Positions 1 to 16,317 are shown, counted from the stretch's first letter. The stretch: DNA of 64,000 nucleotides from Eledone cirrhosa (GCA_964016885.1 CAXHJY010000684.1:1-64000), one strand, 5' to 3'. A program made the numbers and translations. Notes: generated from the sequence alone by a model not told the origin.

Positions 1-1875
<1,875 letters not shown>

Positions 1876-2098
1876 AAATATAAACTAGAGTTAAATGAAA
1901 TAAAATAAATGAAGAAAACAAAGGAAAAAGGAATACATCAATAGATCATGTATGTCATCCACACCCCAGGTCGAATGCTGCAGCGACGTTATCTGAAAGC
2001 GTTGATGGATTCTTTTCTGTGATTTCATAAGTAAAATTAATAATACAATGATAACACCACCAACATCGTCATCATCTAAAGCAAGATCTACTTACGAT

Positions 2099-2133
<35 letters not shown>

Positions 2134-2134
2134 G

Positions 2135-2179
<45 letters not shown>

Positions 2180-2243
2180 TTGCTGCCACTACTACTACTG
2201 CTGCTACTGCTGCTGCTGCTGCTACTACTACTACTACTACTAT

Positions 2244-2301
<58 letters not shown>

Positions 2302-2317
2302 GCTACTGCTACTGCTT

Positions 2318-2374
<57 letters not shown>

Positions 2375-2448
2375 GTACTACTACTACTACTCCTGCTGCT
2401 GCTGCTACTGCTACTGCCACTGCATCTGCTGCTGCTGTGCTACTACTG

Positions 2449-2516
<68 letters not shown>

Positions 2517-2532
2517 GCTACTGCTACTGCTT

Positions 2533-2621
<89 letters not shown>

Positions 2622-2622
2622 G
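2099..2622. repeat. (CTA)n/(CTG)n trinucleotide array
   Basis: Direct reading. Confidence 0.95.
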
Positions 2623-2986
2623 TTATCGACATCTTCAGGAATAATACAACAAAAAAAAAACAAAAAAAACAAACAAAACAAACAAAAATCATTGGCGTCA
2701 ATAAAACAAATAAATGTAAAAGTTATAAAGGGTTAGAGATAACATACCGAAGAAGATTGTTTATACTCGTCCAATAGAAAATAATAGAACATTGATTTTT
2801 TCCTTCTTATTTCTAAGTGAAAACACTCTCCTTGTTACACACATACGTGTGGGAGCGTGCCGGCACATATATACATATGTGTGTGTGTGTCTCTTTCTTT
2901 CCATATATAAATATATATATATATATAAATGAAAAGTATAGAAATTGTTGTAGCGAGAAGCTAACAGTATTCCATAACATACTACA

Positions 2987-3066
2987 ATGGCAGCGATAAT
3001 GAGGGACAGAGACCGCTGGTGAGAACTCGTCCATGGATCTCGAGAATTTTACCCGCCACAGATAGA
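2987..3066 (+). mobile_element. Very short 3' end of RTE-like LINE
   Basis: Near-identical to 4695-4770 (ATGGCAGCGATAATGAGGGACAGAGACCGCTGG...GAACTCGTCCATGGATCTCG), ends in GATA/TA repeat. Confidence 0.8.
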
Positions 3067-3090
3067 TATAGATACATTATGTATATATAT

Positions 3091-3162
<72 letters not shown>

Positions 3163-3277
3163 ATATTATTCAAAATATTATTAAATGAAGACGTTCACAT
3201 AATCAAAATATGTTTTATTATATATATTTCGCAAGGTACTGTGCTGTTTTTTCAGTACGTCCTTATTAATATTTGAT

Positions 3278-3313
<36 letters not shown>

Positions 3314-4131
3314 GGTGGGTGTATGTATATATATATATACATATATAAATGTATACATATATATATATTCATAAGTATATGTCTATGCGTATTTAAAGTG
3401 GCATTAATACATATAAAGGGAATGAGATAGAAAGTAAAACATAACAATTTAAAATACTAATATTTTATTTTTTTCTTCTAAATTACTCGGTTTCATAAAA
3501 CCGACATATTACAGGAAGTAATATTCCTGGCATTTGTTGAAAACACGAAATATTAAATCTGTAGCGAACATCTATTTTTAACATTTCATTGAAAGTAATC
3601 TTTTGTTTTAAAGGCCAATTTCAGTCATGCTTAAAATTTTTCCCCAAGCGTAGATAATCGGTTTTGTGGATGCCCAGAAGTCAACCATGCATGCCTCTCC
3701 TCATAATGCTACCAATGACGTCCAAATGAATTACAAAGGTCGATACATATTGGCATCTATATCATCGACAGCAAACTTAGAAGGCAAAAGAATAAAAGAG
3801 ATACCATAAAGCACAATGTTTGACGTTCTAAATCTTCCACCAATTCATTGCTCCAGAGTAGTGCTTTATTTATCAAGCCTAGAGGAGTGAAGGGTAAATC
3901 TGACAACGATGCGCATTAATCTGACGCCCAAACGACCCATATCATCGAGTGGTGGAAAATATAACAAAACCATAGCGATAAATATATAAGTAACTGTATT
4001 TTTTGTTTAAATGAAAGGAGGGTGTCTTTATCTTTACGTTTGTATTATCTGAACATAGTTTCCTGATCCCCAAATGATTGAACACGATATTTGATTTTTA
4101 ATCATTAATGGTATTAGGAAGATTGGTATTA

Positions 4132-4320
4132 GGGCAGTGGATTGGCAGTATCGGTAGAGGGTCGGACGCCATGCTTTGACGCATAGAGTTACGGCCCTTG
4201 TCATTCTGAGTTCAAATCCCCCCGAGGTTAACTTTGCCTTTCATCCTAACAAGGTCGATAAAATAAAGTACCAGTAATGCACTGGGTAATTGCTGGCCTT
4301 GTGCCAAAAGTAGAAACAAT
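4132..4320 (+). mobile_element. tRNA-derived SINE family 1, full length
   Basis: Pol III A box TGGCAGTATCGG, B box GAGTTCAAATCCC, central TTTGCCTTTCATCC...GGTCGATAAAATAAAGTACC, tail GGCCTTGTGCCAAAAGTAGAAACAATT; 18-bp duplication ATTAATGGTATTAGGAAG at 4104-4121 and 4319-4336. Confidence 0.92.
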
Positions 4321-4571
4321 TAATGGTATTAGGAAGTATTAAAGATATCGCAAGAAGTTTATTTTTCCTTCCATCGCCATATGGTTTATTAAATAAGTAG
4401 CAGTCAGTTATTGAAACGATCTAAAGAGCTAGCCACGAACCTATCACAAAAATATTCGAAATTGACTCTATGTTCGAAGTTACGAACGGATGTTATTTTT
4501 TTTTACTTCATTTGAATCACCATGCATACAAACACCCCCACACACAAACATGTATATATATATATATATAT

Positions 4572-4770
4572 CAGTTGACATTGCACTCAGTGCTCCTTTG
4601 GGAGCCCCTACATGGACACACTAGAAGAGGAAGGCCAAGGTTAACGTATGTTGATGCCCTAAGGACAGCTACTGGTCTGTTGGAGATGCAGGACATGGCA
4701 GCGATAATGAGGGACAGAGACCGCTGGAGAGAACTCGTCCATGGATCTCGGGAATATTACCCGCCTTAGA
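4572..4770 (+). mobile_element. 5'-truncated RTE-like LINE 3' end (ORF C-terminus) inside (TA)n
   Basis: Translation LLWEPLHGHTRRGRPRLTYVDAL...MRDRDRWRELV matches the RTE-clade C-terminal GRP...DR..WR motif; (TA)n on both sides; second copy at 2987. Confidence 0.8.
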
Positions 4771-4879
4771 TATATATATATATATATATAGTATATATAT
4801 AGAGAGATCTCCGAGTTGTGTCGGGGATAACCACAGTTAAAAATGTTACTTTCAATGCATTAGTAGTGTATAGGCATTT

Positions 4880-5010
4880 TTTGTTTTATATAGAAAGGAC
4901 ATATACAAAAACTCTTCCATTTTTATGAAATCATCAGAATCTCCATTCCTGATGATTTCATATGAGTGAAACAGATCTAGTCCTGTAGAAGTCACTTCTA
5001 TATAAAATAG
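4880..5010 (+). mobile_element. TA-associated fold-back cassette family I with degenerate hammerhead-like core
   Basis: ATGAAATCATCAGAAT inverted against ATTCCTGATGATTTCAT; CTGATGA (4949)...GAAAC...GTC (4982) in hammerhead order; related sequence at 19321-19440 and 49240-49270. Confidence 0.55.
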
Positions 5011-5813
5011 TATATATATATATATTCTTTACTCTTCATTTCATATTTTGTTTTGAAAGCAGAATTTAAAGTCAATCGTGCTGAAGTTTGAATAATTGAA
5101 ATTTAAGATTAACGGATAAATACACTCATGTTTCTTTGGAAAAAATATTTTGTTTAAAAGCCAAGATACAGATTTCCATCTTTTATGGTAACAACAACAA
5201 AACCAAATTTTATTTTAAATTATTTTAAATTATTTTTCTCGATTTTTCAAATTATTGTGACAACGATAGAGTTCCATATTACTTGACGGCCGAACAAACC
5301 AATTCACCACCACGGAGTTGTTACCATGGAAAATCCACACAAAGAAAAGGGAAGGAACAGATCGTTAGATGGGAACAAGAAAATAATGGTTCCATTGGTC
5401 TTTCTATTGCTAATATTCGCTGCCTGTCGCACATCCTGGCAGAATGAGGAGGCATTTAAACTTGGATAGAGCCGGAATATATACTGTAAATCTTGTGATC
5501 TTTTGACAATTCCTCTAAGTTGAATCTGCTCCACCGACTAAAGAATGAAAGGTAAAGTTGACCTCGGTCAGACCAACTTTGGACTCATAGCACAGTGGGC
5601 CGGAATAAATGACGAGTTATTTAATCTGACAATCTAACGAGTCATTTCCATAAAATACCAGTCTATTTCATTTGTTAGTATATGCTTCAGTGTCGTAAAC
5701 ATTGAAAGAAGATCGTTTATATGTGAGAAGCGTTTGATTCGTTTCCAGGATTTAGATCAAACACTTTAAGATGCATAAGAGAGAGAGAGGGTGAGAGAAT
5801 GAGATAGAGCTAG

Positions 5814-5926
<113 letters not shown>

Positions 5927-7035
5927 TGCGGGGATACAAAGAGAAATAATTCCAATAGGTTACCTTTAATTACTACTGAAATACAAAATATTCATCAATA
6001 CCTAAGAAATTCCCAATGGATTACGTACAATTGTTTTTGCTGTGAACCTAGCTGAAACCTGACTTTAAAATCATTAAACAATCATCTGAAACAATGCAGT
6101 CTGTAGAAGCAATTCTGTCTGCGAAGAGTTCGTCAGTTTCATTAGAGTCTGGAATTATGCCACAATTATATATCTTCTGAAGAGAATTCCATTAATATTT
6201 TATGAAGCAATAAACGTCTGTAAAGCAAGAAAATTTGATAAATTAAGCAATTGTATAATTTATTATAACCATTTCTTCAAATTACTTTAAACATTCAGAA
6301 CTAAACAAGTCATTAGAACGCAATCCAATAGATTATTTATTTTCTTTATTCATTTTTAAAATTATTTATCATTTTTTTGTTTTGTTTTGTTTTGCTTTTT
6401 TGGCTTATTCCTTTTTTATTTTTCCTTTTTTTTTTTAATTCAAAACATCATTTTTACATTTCTGTGTGTTTCTCAAGCGTTCCTTTTTCAAATAGCGAGC
6501 ACACAGTATTCTATTGGATTAATGTCTTACTGATATGTAGTAGATGATGTTTGAATATGTCTATTGTAAAGATACAGTTCATATCCGCCTTTTGGAGATT
6601 AGGATACTACAAATGAACTTGAAAAATAGACACAATTCTACATAAAATGACCATAGCTCCAGACAGCCTATAAAGCCTGATTCAATATGTTTCATAGTTA
6701 TTTACTAAATATATTTTAAAATAGTTCACTACACACACACGCACACACACATTGTGATTGTGTGAATGTATGTGTATTTGTGTGCATGTATGTCTGAGTG
6801 TGTCTATGTTTGCGCGTTTGTATTTATATACTCATACCTATAAATATATGGACATGCACACACACACATGCACACACATATATACATATGCATCAGCGTG
6901 TTGAAAAAAATTGTAGTATATTATATTTGAAAGGTTTTTCAGTTTAAGCTTAGTGTCACTGATTTCATTCCTTAAAGAGTTCTTCGAGAATTAAGATATT
7001 CTAAAACGCAGATTTAAATATTTCAATATATATAT

Positions 7036-7234
7036 GAGAAAAACCACAGACCCTCCATCTCAACTCTACTTTTGAAAAGCAGAAGAACTGCGAAACCAGT
7101 AAAAGAACCAAATAAATAAATATATATTTTTTTAAATAAGACTCCAGTTGCATTTTCGATTTCATCTTTTTTTCTTTATACTTTCACTCGTGTAGGACAC
7201 CTCGGTTATTTTTCATTTTGTAAAAAGACCTTAC

Positions 7235-7241
<7 letters not shown>
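7036..7241 (+). mobile_element. TA-embedded hammerhead cassette family A, copy 1
   Basis: ~205 bp, highly similar to 18522-18728; core TTGAAAA-GCAG-AAGAA-CTGC-GAAA-CCAGTA at 7072-7101; TA on both sides. Confidence 0.85.
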
Positions 7242-7292
<51 letters not shown>

Positions 7293-7296
<4 letters not shown>

Positions 7297-7998
7297 CAAC
7301 TAGAAATTGATTAACACATAAATAAACATATGAAACAATCACAGGGGATAAATTTTACAAGTGTGCAAGCACACATAGATATGTGGGTAACTAGATAAAG
7401 TTAACTAGAACTTCAAAAATAGATACCTTATAATATGATTAATCTTCCCTGTGTATATTCCATTAAAGAAATATATTTCACCAATTAATCGAATGGTAAA
7501 CCACGGAAGCCGATACTTGGATTTTCAACAAGGAAGAGGTCCAGCCATCTGTGTTTACGCATTAAGTTCAGATCAGCGAATGGCCAGTAACATGTGCTGT
7601 ATCTACTAAAAATACACACATCATACCAGCTTCGTCCCAATACAAGAAAATCCAAGTATCAGCTTCCGTGGTTTACCATTCGATTAATTGGTGAAATATA
7701 TTTCTTTAATGGAATATATAATGGAATATATACAGGGAAAATTAATCATATTATAAGGTATCTATTTTTGAAGTTCTAGTTAACTTTATTTAGTTACCTA
7801 CCTAGCTATGTGTGCTTACACACTTGTAAAAATTATCCCCTGTGATTGTGTCATATGTTTATTTATATGTTAATCAATTTCTCGGACCTATTCATTAGAA
7901 TCTTGAAGCTTATTTTGCGGGTGATATGGTGCATGCCTTTCTGGCATGACACCCATAATTTTGATTTAGATTAAATTCACTTTGATTTATGTTAATTT

Positions 7999-8000
<2 letters not shown>
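7293..8000 (+). mobile_element. TA-embedded fold-back element family B, copy 1
   Basis: Arms 7302-7526 and 7646-7882 are reverse complements (~230 bp); same family with the same 3' end (TAATTTTG-(TA)n) at 48521-48838. Confidence 0.85.
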
Positions 8001-8094
<94 letters not shown>

Positions 8095-8095
<1 letters not shown>

Positions 8096-8255
8096 CAAGA
8101 TGGATACAGTAAGAAACGGGATAGACCATTACTCACCAGACTACTCGATATTTGGAATAGTAGACTATGGTTATATAAAAGAGTCAGGATCCCGACGGCT
8201 GAACTCCTGCCATTTCAACAGTCTGTCTTTTCTGTAGTCTAAAATTAGCCGTGAG
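8095..8255 (-). mobile_element. Diverged copy of family J
   Basis: Reverse complement contains CGGCTAA...GAAATGGC...AGCCGTCGGGA and a tail similar to 55380-55460; abuts (TA)n. Confidence 0.6.
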
Positions 8256-8504
8256 TTGTGAAATATCGATCGGTACATACTTATAAGAACAGACACACAC
8301 GCACACACATACGCACGTATACCCCCCCCCCCCCCATCACGCATATATCATAGTTTGCCCAAACATAAAGATATGTGTGTGTTTGTGCATTTGTGTGTGT
8401 CTGTTTGTGTGTGTGGGAGTGTTAGCACACTGGCGGTTTTGATAGTGGAAGCATATGACAAAATACGCAGTTTGATAAATACGTATACATAAGTACACAC
8501 ACTT

Positions 8505-8552
<48 letters not shown>

Positions 8553-8587
8553 ATATAATAAAATATAATATAATATATATCTATATA

Positions 8588-8680
<93 letters not shown>

Positions 8681-8711
8681 CTTCTATCTACGTCTTGTGG
8701 AAGCAATTGTG

Positions 8712-8795
<84 letters not shown>

Positions 8796-9310
8796 CAAAA
8801 CACTCCTTATATAGTATCACTATAAGCAAAATAATAAAAATTACATTTAGAAAATTATCACGAACAGACAAACAGTTTCTCAATTAAAAAGACATCACTC
8901 TGAATACTAAAACGTTCATTAAACTATTTTTCCTTCATTTTTTAAAAGTATAAATTACTAATGGCATGCTAATTTTAAACCTTAAACAGATAAGACACAG
9001 TTTCAATATCGGAGAAAAACGAAGGAAATTCAAGTATGTTTTAATTAATTAAGAATAACTCTGCTTTTTCTTTAATTTAATATTTTTTTAGCGGAGAATG
9101 TTGTTTAATTTAGAGAAGGGAAAACACAACGTGGTTCTGTCATCATATTACGCTTGGACGCCATTTTAAAATCAAGATTCTTCGATATTCCTCTCATTTC
9201 TCAGCAAAGGAACACTTAGTAATTTAATGATTGGCTTATTTTTGTAAATATGTTTGACTGTAGGGTGATGAACTTTGGTATCTATGTATATGTGTATGAA
9301 TGTATGTATG

Positions 9311-9350
<40 letters not shown>

Positions 9351-9380
9351 TCTATATGTGTGTTTGTATATATATATACA

Positions 9381-9419
<39 letters not shown>

Positions 9420-10814
9420 CGTGTGTGTGTGGAGAGAGAGAGAGCGAGGGAAACAATGAGAGAACGAATGAAATAGAGAGGGGGAGGCGGAGGGAAAGAA
9501 AGAGATTGCGAATGAAGAAGAGAGACAGGGAGATATTCAATGTGGTTAACCATTTAGCAAGCTATTCCATTTCTATTTCAGTTTGACAACCACATATGTC
9601 ATTTCTATTTTCATTCGTCTATATTGGTAATTACAAACAATAATGGATAATAGAGCAGTATAACGTTGCAGAAGAATGGCTTTGTTTTAAATCTTTTCAA
9701 CTCCAATGCTACAAGAATTCCCAGAATGCAATGTAAATAAAACAGAGGATATGATCTATGAACATGTCAGTTTATCAATATATTGACTAAGCTGGTTGTA
9801 ATTTTAGCCCACAATCAATATCCTGAAGAATTAATTATACTACCGTACCATAACTCAGAATATGCATGCTATAAGCATATAATCCTATGTCATATTGTGC
9901 CGAATAAATAAATATTTTATCGTTGTATATATCATATCATGCTGAGTCATTTACTCTCTGAAATATATCACTGTATGTCATATTATCTCTCTTAGCGTTA
10001 ATATAATGAGGCTATTTCAAATCGTTACACCTCGGAGTATTAAACCATATCTTCAATACTTAAGAATAAATATTCTTCCTTCTTTTTCATACCTCTCCAC
10101 GTTCAGCATTATTGTTTAACCCAAGATCAGCCGTCGGCTTGACAACGTCTATGACCAAAGACGCGCTAGCCGTAAACATCTCGTGATTTTTCATGACTAT
10201 ATAATTCAACATTCGTTTTCATTTGTCTATTTGGAGTATATGTGGTTGCTATTTATGCAAACACTGAGTGACTGCGTAGATGGTATCCAATCAGTAACAT
10301 TTTAGCGACTGTAGTATTTCTTCTAAATAAGATAAAGAATGGGATTTTATTGTCGGTCTGGGCGTTTTCTATTTAATTGTAACAATAAATCTCGGAATAA
10401 TAAAGCAAATATCATAACACGTACTTCTATTTCTTTTTCACTGTTTCTCCACAACAAGCCAGTAGAGTTTCATACATATTTATAAATTGTTTTAGAAAGC
10501 ATGTCAACTTGTTGAAACTCACGAGGTTTACGATATAATGTTTACCAGTCACAGATCACTAGTTTTCCAGCATTTGGGGACTATGATTTTGTTTTTATTT
10601 TATTTTATTTTATTTTATATGTAATAGCAATATAACAACACTCCTCGCCATCAAAGGCACCACAACATTACGATGATATCGATGGATACTGCCAACACAT
10701 AAATTAATGTGTAAGAAGTGAATTATTCCACTCATAAAATTACTCTTAATGTATTTCGCAAGCCGTGTCAGGACTGCACACTTGGATTACAAGTATAATC
10801 CATCTAACGAGTTT

Positions 10815-10950
10815 CAACACAATTTCCATCTATCAAATTTAATCCTATAACTTCAGTAGCCGATTTGAAATTATGGCAAAGACACTTGCCGAAGAGGTTA
10901 CGCACTGGCATTAAAACCTAGGTCTCATGATTGCGAAAAGAACTTCTCAT
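10815..10950 (-). mobile_element. Old degenerate tRNA/CORE-type SINE
   Basis: AAGACACTTGCCGAAG CORE-like segment followed by a decayed tRNA head in reverse. Confidence 0.45.
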
Positions 10951-11089
10951 CGAAGCCTGTGTCTACAGCAACAATGCATATGATAACACTATAACAATCA
11001 TCATGATAATTAAGAACACTATGATTTTGAAATATAATGTCATATCTCTAATATTATATCAACTTATAAATAAAAAACCAGTCGCTGAT

Positions 11090-12185
11090 GAAGCTTCTAG
11101 GTAGGTTTTCGACCTTCTGGAACTAGCAGCTAAATCTGTCTCAAATACACAGTAAGAGTATTTAAATATTTGAAAAAAAACCTAGACTGTGGCAACTGGA
11201 ATGTCTTTCATTATAGGTTTGCTTTATCAACTCTAAGCTTAAACATACATAAGTATAACGATTATAACAACATTTATTACACAATGCCTTATTACACAAT
11301 CGGCATAAAATGCGAGGACATAATTTACAGCCAAAAATAACCTAAGAAAGGACCTCAATATGGTCACTAAAATAAGGCGAACACTCTAGATAATGTGTAT
11401 TTGAAAAAGACGCGTTGGACACGGATAGAAAAGCTTCGATTATAGTCTCTTCGATCAGAGCTAATCTGTGACTAAAGAATAAAAATAATAAAACCAAAAA
11501 GAAATAATACTATATTACTCAGAAATGCCTCCTCCGCCCTTCCGCTCTCAAACATTAACAAGCAATGGTATATCACACGCTATCTTTACGTAACAAAAAT
11601 CCTGCAATAATAACATGATGATTCATCATGTTAATCGTTATGTCAATGATTGTAAGTTAGAAAATACTAGTCTAAACCGACGGATTATTGGAATCGAATG
11701 TCGACGATGATAATGATGATAATAACAACAGTAACTATGATAATAATAATTTCCGGTTTAGGCACAAGCCCAACAATTTTTGGGGAACGGAAAGTCGATT
11801 AAATCGATCCCAGTGCGGTCTGGTACTTTACTTTATCGACCCTCTAAGGATGAAAGGCAGAGCTAACCTCGGTGGGATTTGAAATCAGAAAGCAACCGTA
11901 TCCTGCAAAGCATGTTATCCGATGCTCTACCGATACTGCAAATCCACCGCCCTAATAATAATGATAATAAAAATAAAATAATTCTTTGACTTTATTTGAT
12001 AGAAAAGCATTTGACTTCTTAGAAATGGTGGCAAAATTTCCCTTAAACCTTACCCTTTTTAAATTAGAAACCTTTGTTGACACACTCCTTGTTGCACTAT
12101 GCTTAAAATAAAAACGGGAAGGTTACACTTGGAATGCTTTTCCCATAAGTATGGTTAACCAGGTAGGATCCTGATTTAAACAACA
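11090..12185 (+). mobile_element. Cluster of old degenerate SINE-like repeats with AAC tails
   Basis: Recurring AGCAGCCAAAT...GGAATGCCTTT...ATAGGT...CTAAACAAC-like segments at ~11090-11250, 11330-11480 and 11990-12185; relatives at ~10110, 27300-27560, 39420, 45760 and 57075. Confidence 0.5.
11750..11952 (-). mobile_element. Older subfamily of SINE family 1
   Basis: Reverse complement has GGGCGGTGGATTTGCAGTATCGGTAGAG head, the central domain and the TTGTGCCTAAA tail, plus an extra GATCGATTTAATCGAC segment; flanked by AAT repeats. Confidence 0.75.
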
Positions 12186-12199
12186 GCTACAACTACATA

Positions 12200-12425
<226 letters not shown>

Positions 12426-13970
12426 ATTGTCATCAACATCATCAGCAAAAGCAACAACAAGAACAACAAAAACGACTAGGTTGATTTAATTTTAGAAGCA
12501 ATAGGAAATTTGCTAAGAGAATTTCAGCGGTTATATTTCGTTGATAAAGTGACTATATAGAATTTATCTCAAAGACGTGCTTTGCTCCAATCCAAATATA
12601 TCATAGTTTTGTGAAGGAAGCATAGAATCTACATTAAACTTGTCAAGTTTCCTTGTTTGTCTGTGTCGTCCTTATTTTAATGTCTGTAAGCATTTTATTG
12701 TTAAATTCATAGCTACTATATTCGGCAATTCGAACATATAAATTATACAGACTCAGTTCAGTATGAGAATATATTCTAGTTTGGACAACAAATAGTTTTT
12801 GTCATAAAAGATCTAGATCTAGATGAGTATAGTTTGTACCTAAAAGCGGAAATGTGTCTTTCAATAGGCTTGAGGAAAAATTCTGTTACGAGAGATCGAA
12901 CTTAAATATAACTTAAAAAAGAAAACATGCACTTTTGTACAGATTGTGTACGTGTGTGTTCATCTGTCTGTCGCCTTGTCCATATGTATGTATATCTATC
13001 TTTATATCTGTATGTATGTCCGGGTTTTTTTATATACGTGTGTGAGTGTGATTTAGTCTTAACAAAGTTCACCTGTGTAAAGTTATCACTAACGAAATAT
13101 TTCTTTCTGCCATATGCAAACTACCTCGAAACAATCAACTCTACAAGACTGTTCTCAACACAAACTTAATATAAACTACAGCACTCACTCAATGAACCCA
13201 ATTTTAACCTACATGTTTATTCAGCCACACCTAAATCCCAACACCCATAGCAGTTTTTTTTCTGTTTTTTATTAAAATGCTCATTATCAATGTTAGATGG
13301 ACACTACATTCTTGAAATGTAATTATTCAAAATAGCGCATCGGTAAAATAGAAGACGATGACTGTAGACAAAAACAAGGAATAATTAATGTATAAATAGA
13401 ACAAAGGTTCAAAGTTGACAGGGGAAAACAAAATGAAAACAAATACATCCGGTCACCAGCTCCCAGTTTGGGCGGGGATTTAGTAAGTATTCAGTGATAA
13501 AGATAGTAAGCGAATCCCAAATTTTATTACAGCAACAAATCAACATCTTCGACACTTTGACCTGACAATTGCGACCAAATAAATATGTTGTCCACACACT
13601 CACACACTCACACACCCACTCACACAAACACAGACACATGAACACAAACACAGACACATGAACACTCACACAAACACATGAAGACACATATGAACACACT
13701 CAGATGAGCACATACAAATGGATTAATATAATATTTAAAAAGAAAACTATAGAAGAACCTCGGCCATTTTACATCACAGAAAAACTAAATTATCTCCAAG
13801 TCAAACATGTGAGTAAATGCAATATCCATTCTGCAACACACTACAGGCTGTGATATGAAACCACTGGTCGCTCCAATATATTGAAACGTCTAATTCCGAC
13901 TATAAATCTTTAGACTACAAACATTCTCTCTTGGGTTCTTTCTATTTTACATTTAGTAATATTTATTCTC

Positions 13971-14108
<138 letters not shown>

Positions 14109-14135
14109 ATGTATGTATGTATGTATCTATGTATG

Positions 14136-14448
14136 TTCTGGTTTTATAATTTCAAAAATGTTTGCCAATAGAGAAAGTGTCGGTTTCTAACATAGACACA
14201 AGACTCTCTCATAGGAATTTACACAACATCAACTAGGTAGATATATATGGATGTCTTCATGCATGTAAGTGTGTGCAGGTATGGATGTTATTGTATGTGT
14301 GGATGTGGATGTTTTGAGTTGTATGTGTGCATGTGTATATGCTTTGTATCTGTAGAAGTGTACATGCAGTTATTAGATGCAGACATTTTTGGAATGTTTT
14401 ACATATTTTTACTGTTCCATTAATGGATTGTACTTGTAATTTCTTGAA
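14136..14448 (-). mobile_element. RLE-type (R4/Dong-like) LINE 3' end, short copy
   Basis: Duplicate of 14584-14880 (3' UTR plus last codons); bounded by (TATG)n on both sides. Confidence 0.8.
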
Positions 14449-14583
14449 TGCATGTATGTATGTATGTATGTATGTATGTATGTATGTATGTATGTATGTA
14501 TGTATGTATGTATGTATGTATGAATGTATGTATGTATGTATGTATGTATGTATGTATGTATGTATGTATGTATGTATGTATGT

Positions 14584-15137
14584 TCTTCTGGTTTTAGAAT
14601 TTCACAAATTTTTCAAAATAGAGAGAGTCGGTTTCTAACATAGACACAAGACTCTCTCATTGGAATTTACACAACATCAACTAGGTAGATTATGTATGCA
14701 TGTCTGCATGTGTAAATATGCATGTTATTGTATGTGTGGATGTGGATGTTTTGAGTTGTATGTGTGCATGTATATATGCTTTGTATATGTACATGTGTAT
14801 ATGCAGTTATTAGATGCAACATTTTTGGAATGTTTTACATATTTTTACTGTTCCATTAATGGATTGTACTTGTAAATTCCTAACTAGTTGTGTTCTTTCT
14901 GTTCCTGTGAAGCCTAGCTTCTCAAGATTTTTATTGAAGCAGTTACTAATATACCCCAGTGCCCCAATAATCACAGGCATACATCTGAAGGTGTAATCAG
15001 GGTGGAGTATCTGCAGATTTCTCATCAGTTCTGCATAAATATTCTCCTTTTCACTAATCTTTGATATAATATTGGCATCTGCTGGGCAGCTAATTTCCAC
15101 TACTGTGCATGCCTTTTTCTCCCTGTCCCCTATCATA

Positions 15138-15140
<3 letters not shown>
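14584..15140 (-). mobile_element. RLE-type (R4/Dong-like) LINE 3' end with restriction-like endonuclease C-terminus
   Basis: ORF 14810-15136: VVEISCP...EKENIYAEL...PVIIGALG, the E-x-S-CP / K-x-x-x-Y / P-x-x-x-GALG signature of restriction-like endonucleases; (TATG)n on both sides. Confidence 0.85.
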
Positions 15141-15168
<28 letters not shown>

Positions 15169-16134
15169 TGTATGTATGTATGTATGTATGTATATATGTA
15201 TATATGTATGAAGTGGTTAGAAGGATTTGGGGTATTCGTTCCGTCTATCAGCGTTCTGAGATCAAATCCCGCTTTCATTCTTTCGAGTTCGATTAAAAAA
15301 GGAGCCAGTCAGGTAAGTACTGGGAGACTATTCTTCTGTATCTTTTTCTTAGTTCTTCTCTCTCGCTCTTTGGATGAAATTGCCTGTTTCAGACAAGCAG
15401 GGAGTGGCTCTGCCAGGTGTACAAAATGCCCAAGTATCTATTAGGAATTACAGTTCCATACATATATACGTGTATGTATGTATATGCTGTATGTATGTGT
15501 ATGCTCACTGCACACAGATGCATATATATACATGTGTGTACAGTGAGCATACACATATACATACATACATATATATGCGTGTGTGTGTGTGTGTGTGTGT
15601 CGGTAGGGTTGATTTGTATGTGACTGTAAGCATACACATAGATACAAACAGATCTAAGGAAATAGTTTATTATTATTTCAGCAGCGATAAATATTTGATT
15701 GATTTGCAGGTATTCATTAAGATAAAGAAAAATTAAAGATAAATTTTAGAAATATTTGCAATGAAATGACAGACAAAAAAATTGAGATAAATACAATACA
15801 AGCATCAAATAATCATAAGATATATACTCATATATACATACATATATACATGCATACATATATATACATATATACATACATATATATACACACACACATA
15901 TATACATACACATATACTTGCATACATATATATACATACATATATATACACACATATATATATATATAAGTTAAAACAGTGAAATAAAAAATCAAGTCAT
16001 TAGATATATATATATATATATAATTTGTGAAAGAGATAGGAATATAGAGATAAATCGATTGAAGATGGTAGAGAAGGACGAAGTTCAGAAGGATAAATGT
16101 AGCGATGTATGGATATATATATATATATGATATA

Positions 16135-16232
<98 letters not shown>

Positions 16233-16275
16233 CATATATCATATATAGGGTATTTATATATATATATATATATAG

Positions 16276-16317
<42 letters not shown>

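Noticed and set aside
4137-4222. tRNA gene suggested by A and B boxes
   Set aside because: It is the head of a multi-copy SINE with body, tail and TSDs; no cloverleaf or poly-T terminator
11086-11120. CTGATGAAG hammerhead-like start
   Set aside because: No downstream GAAA or stems; lies at the edge of an old SINE
15310-15325. CAG|GTAAGT splice donor
   Set aside because: Lies within a degenerate SINE family 1 copy (~15205-15330)
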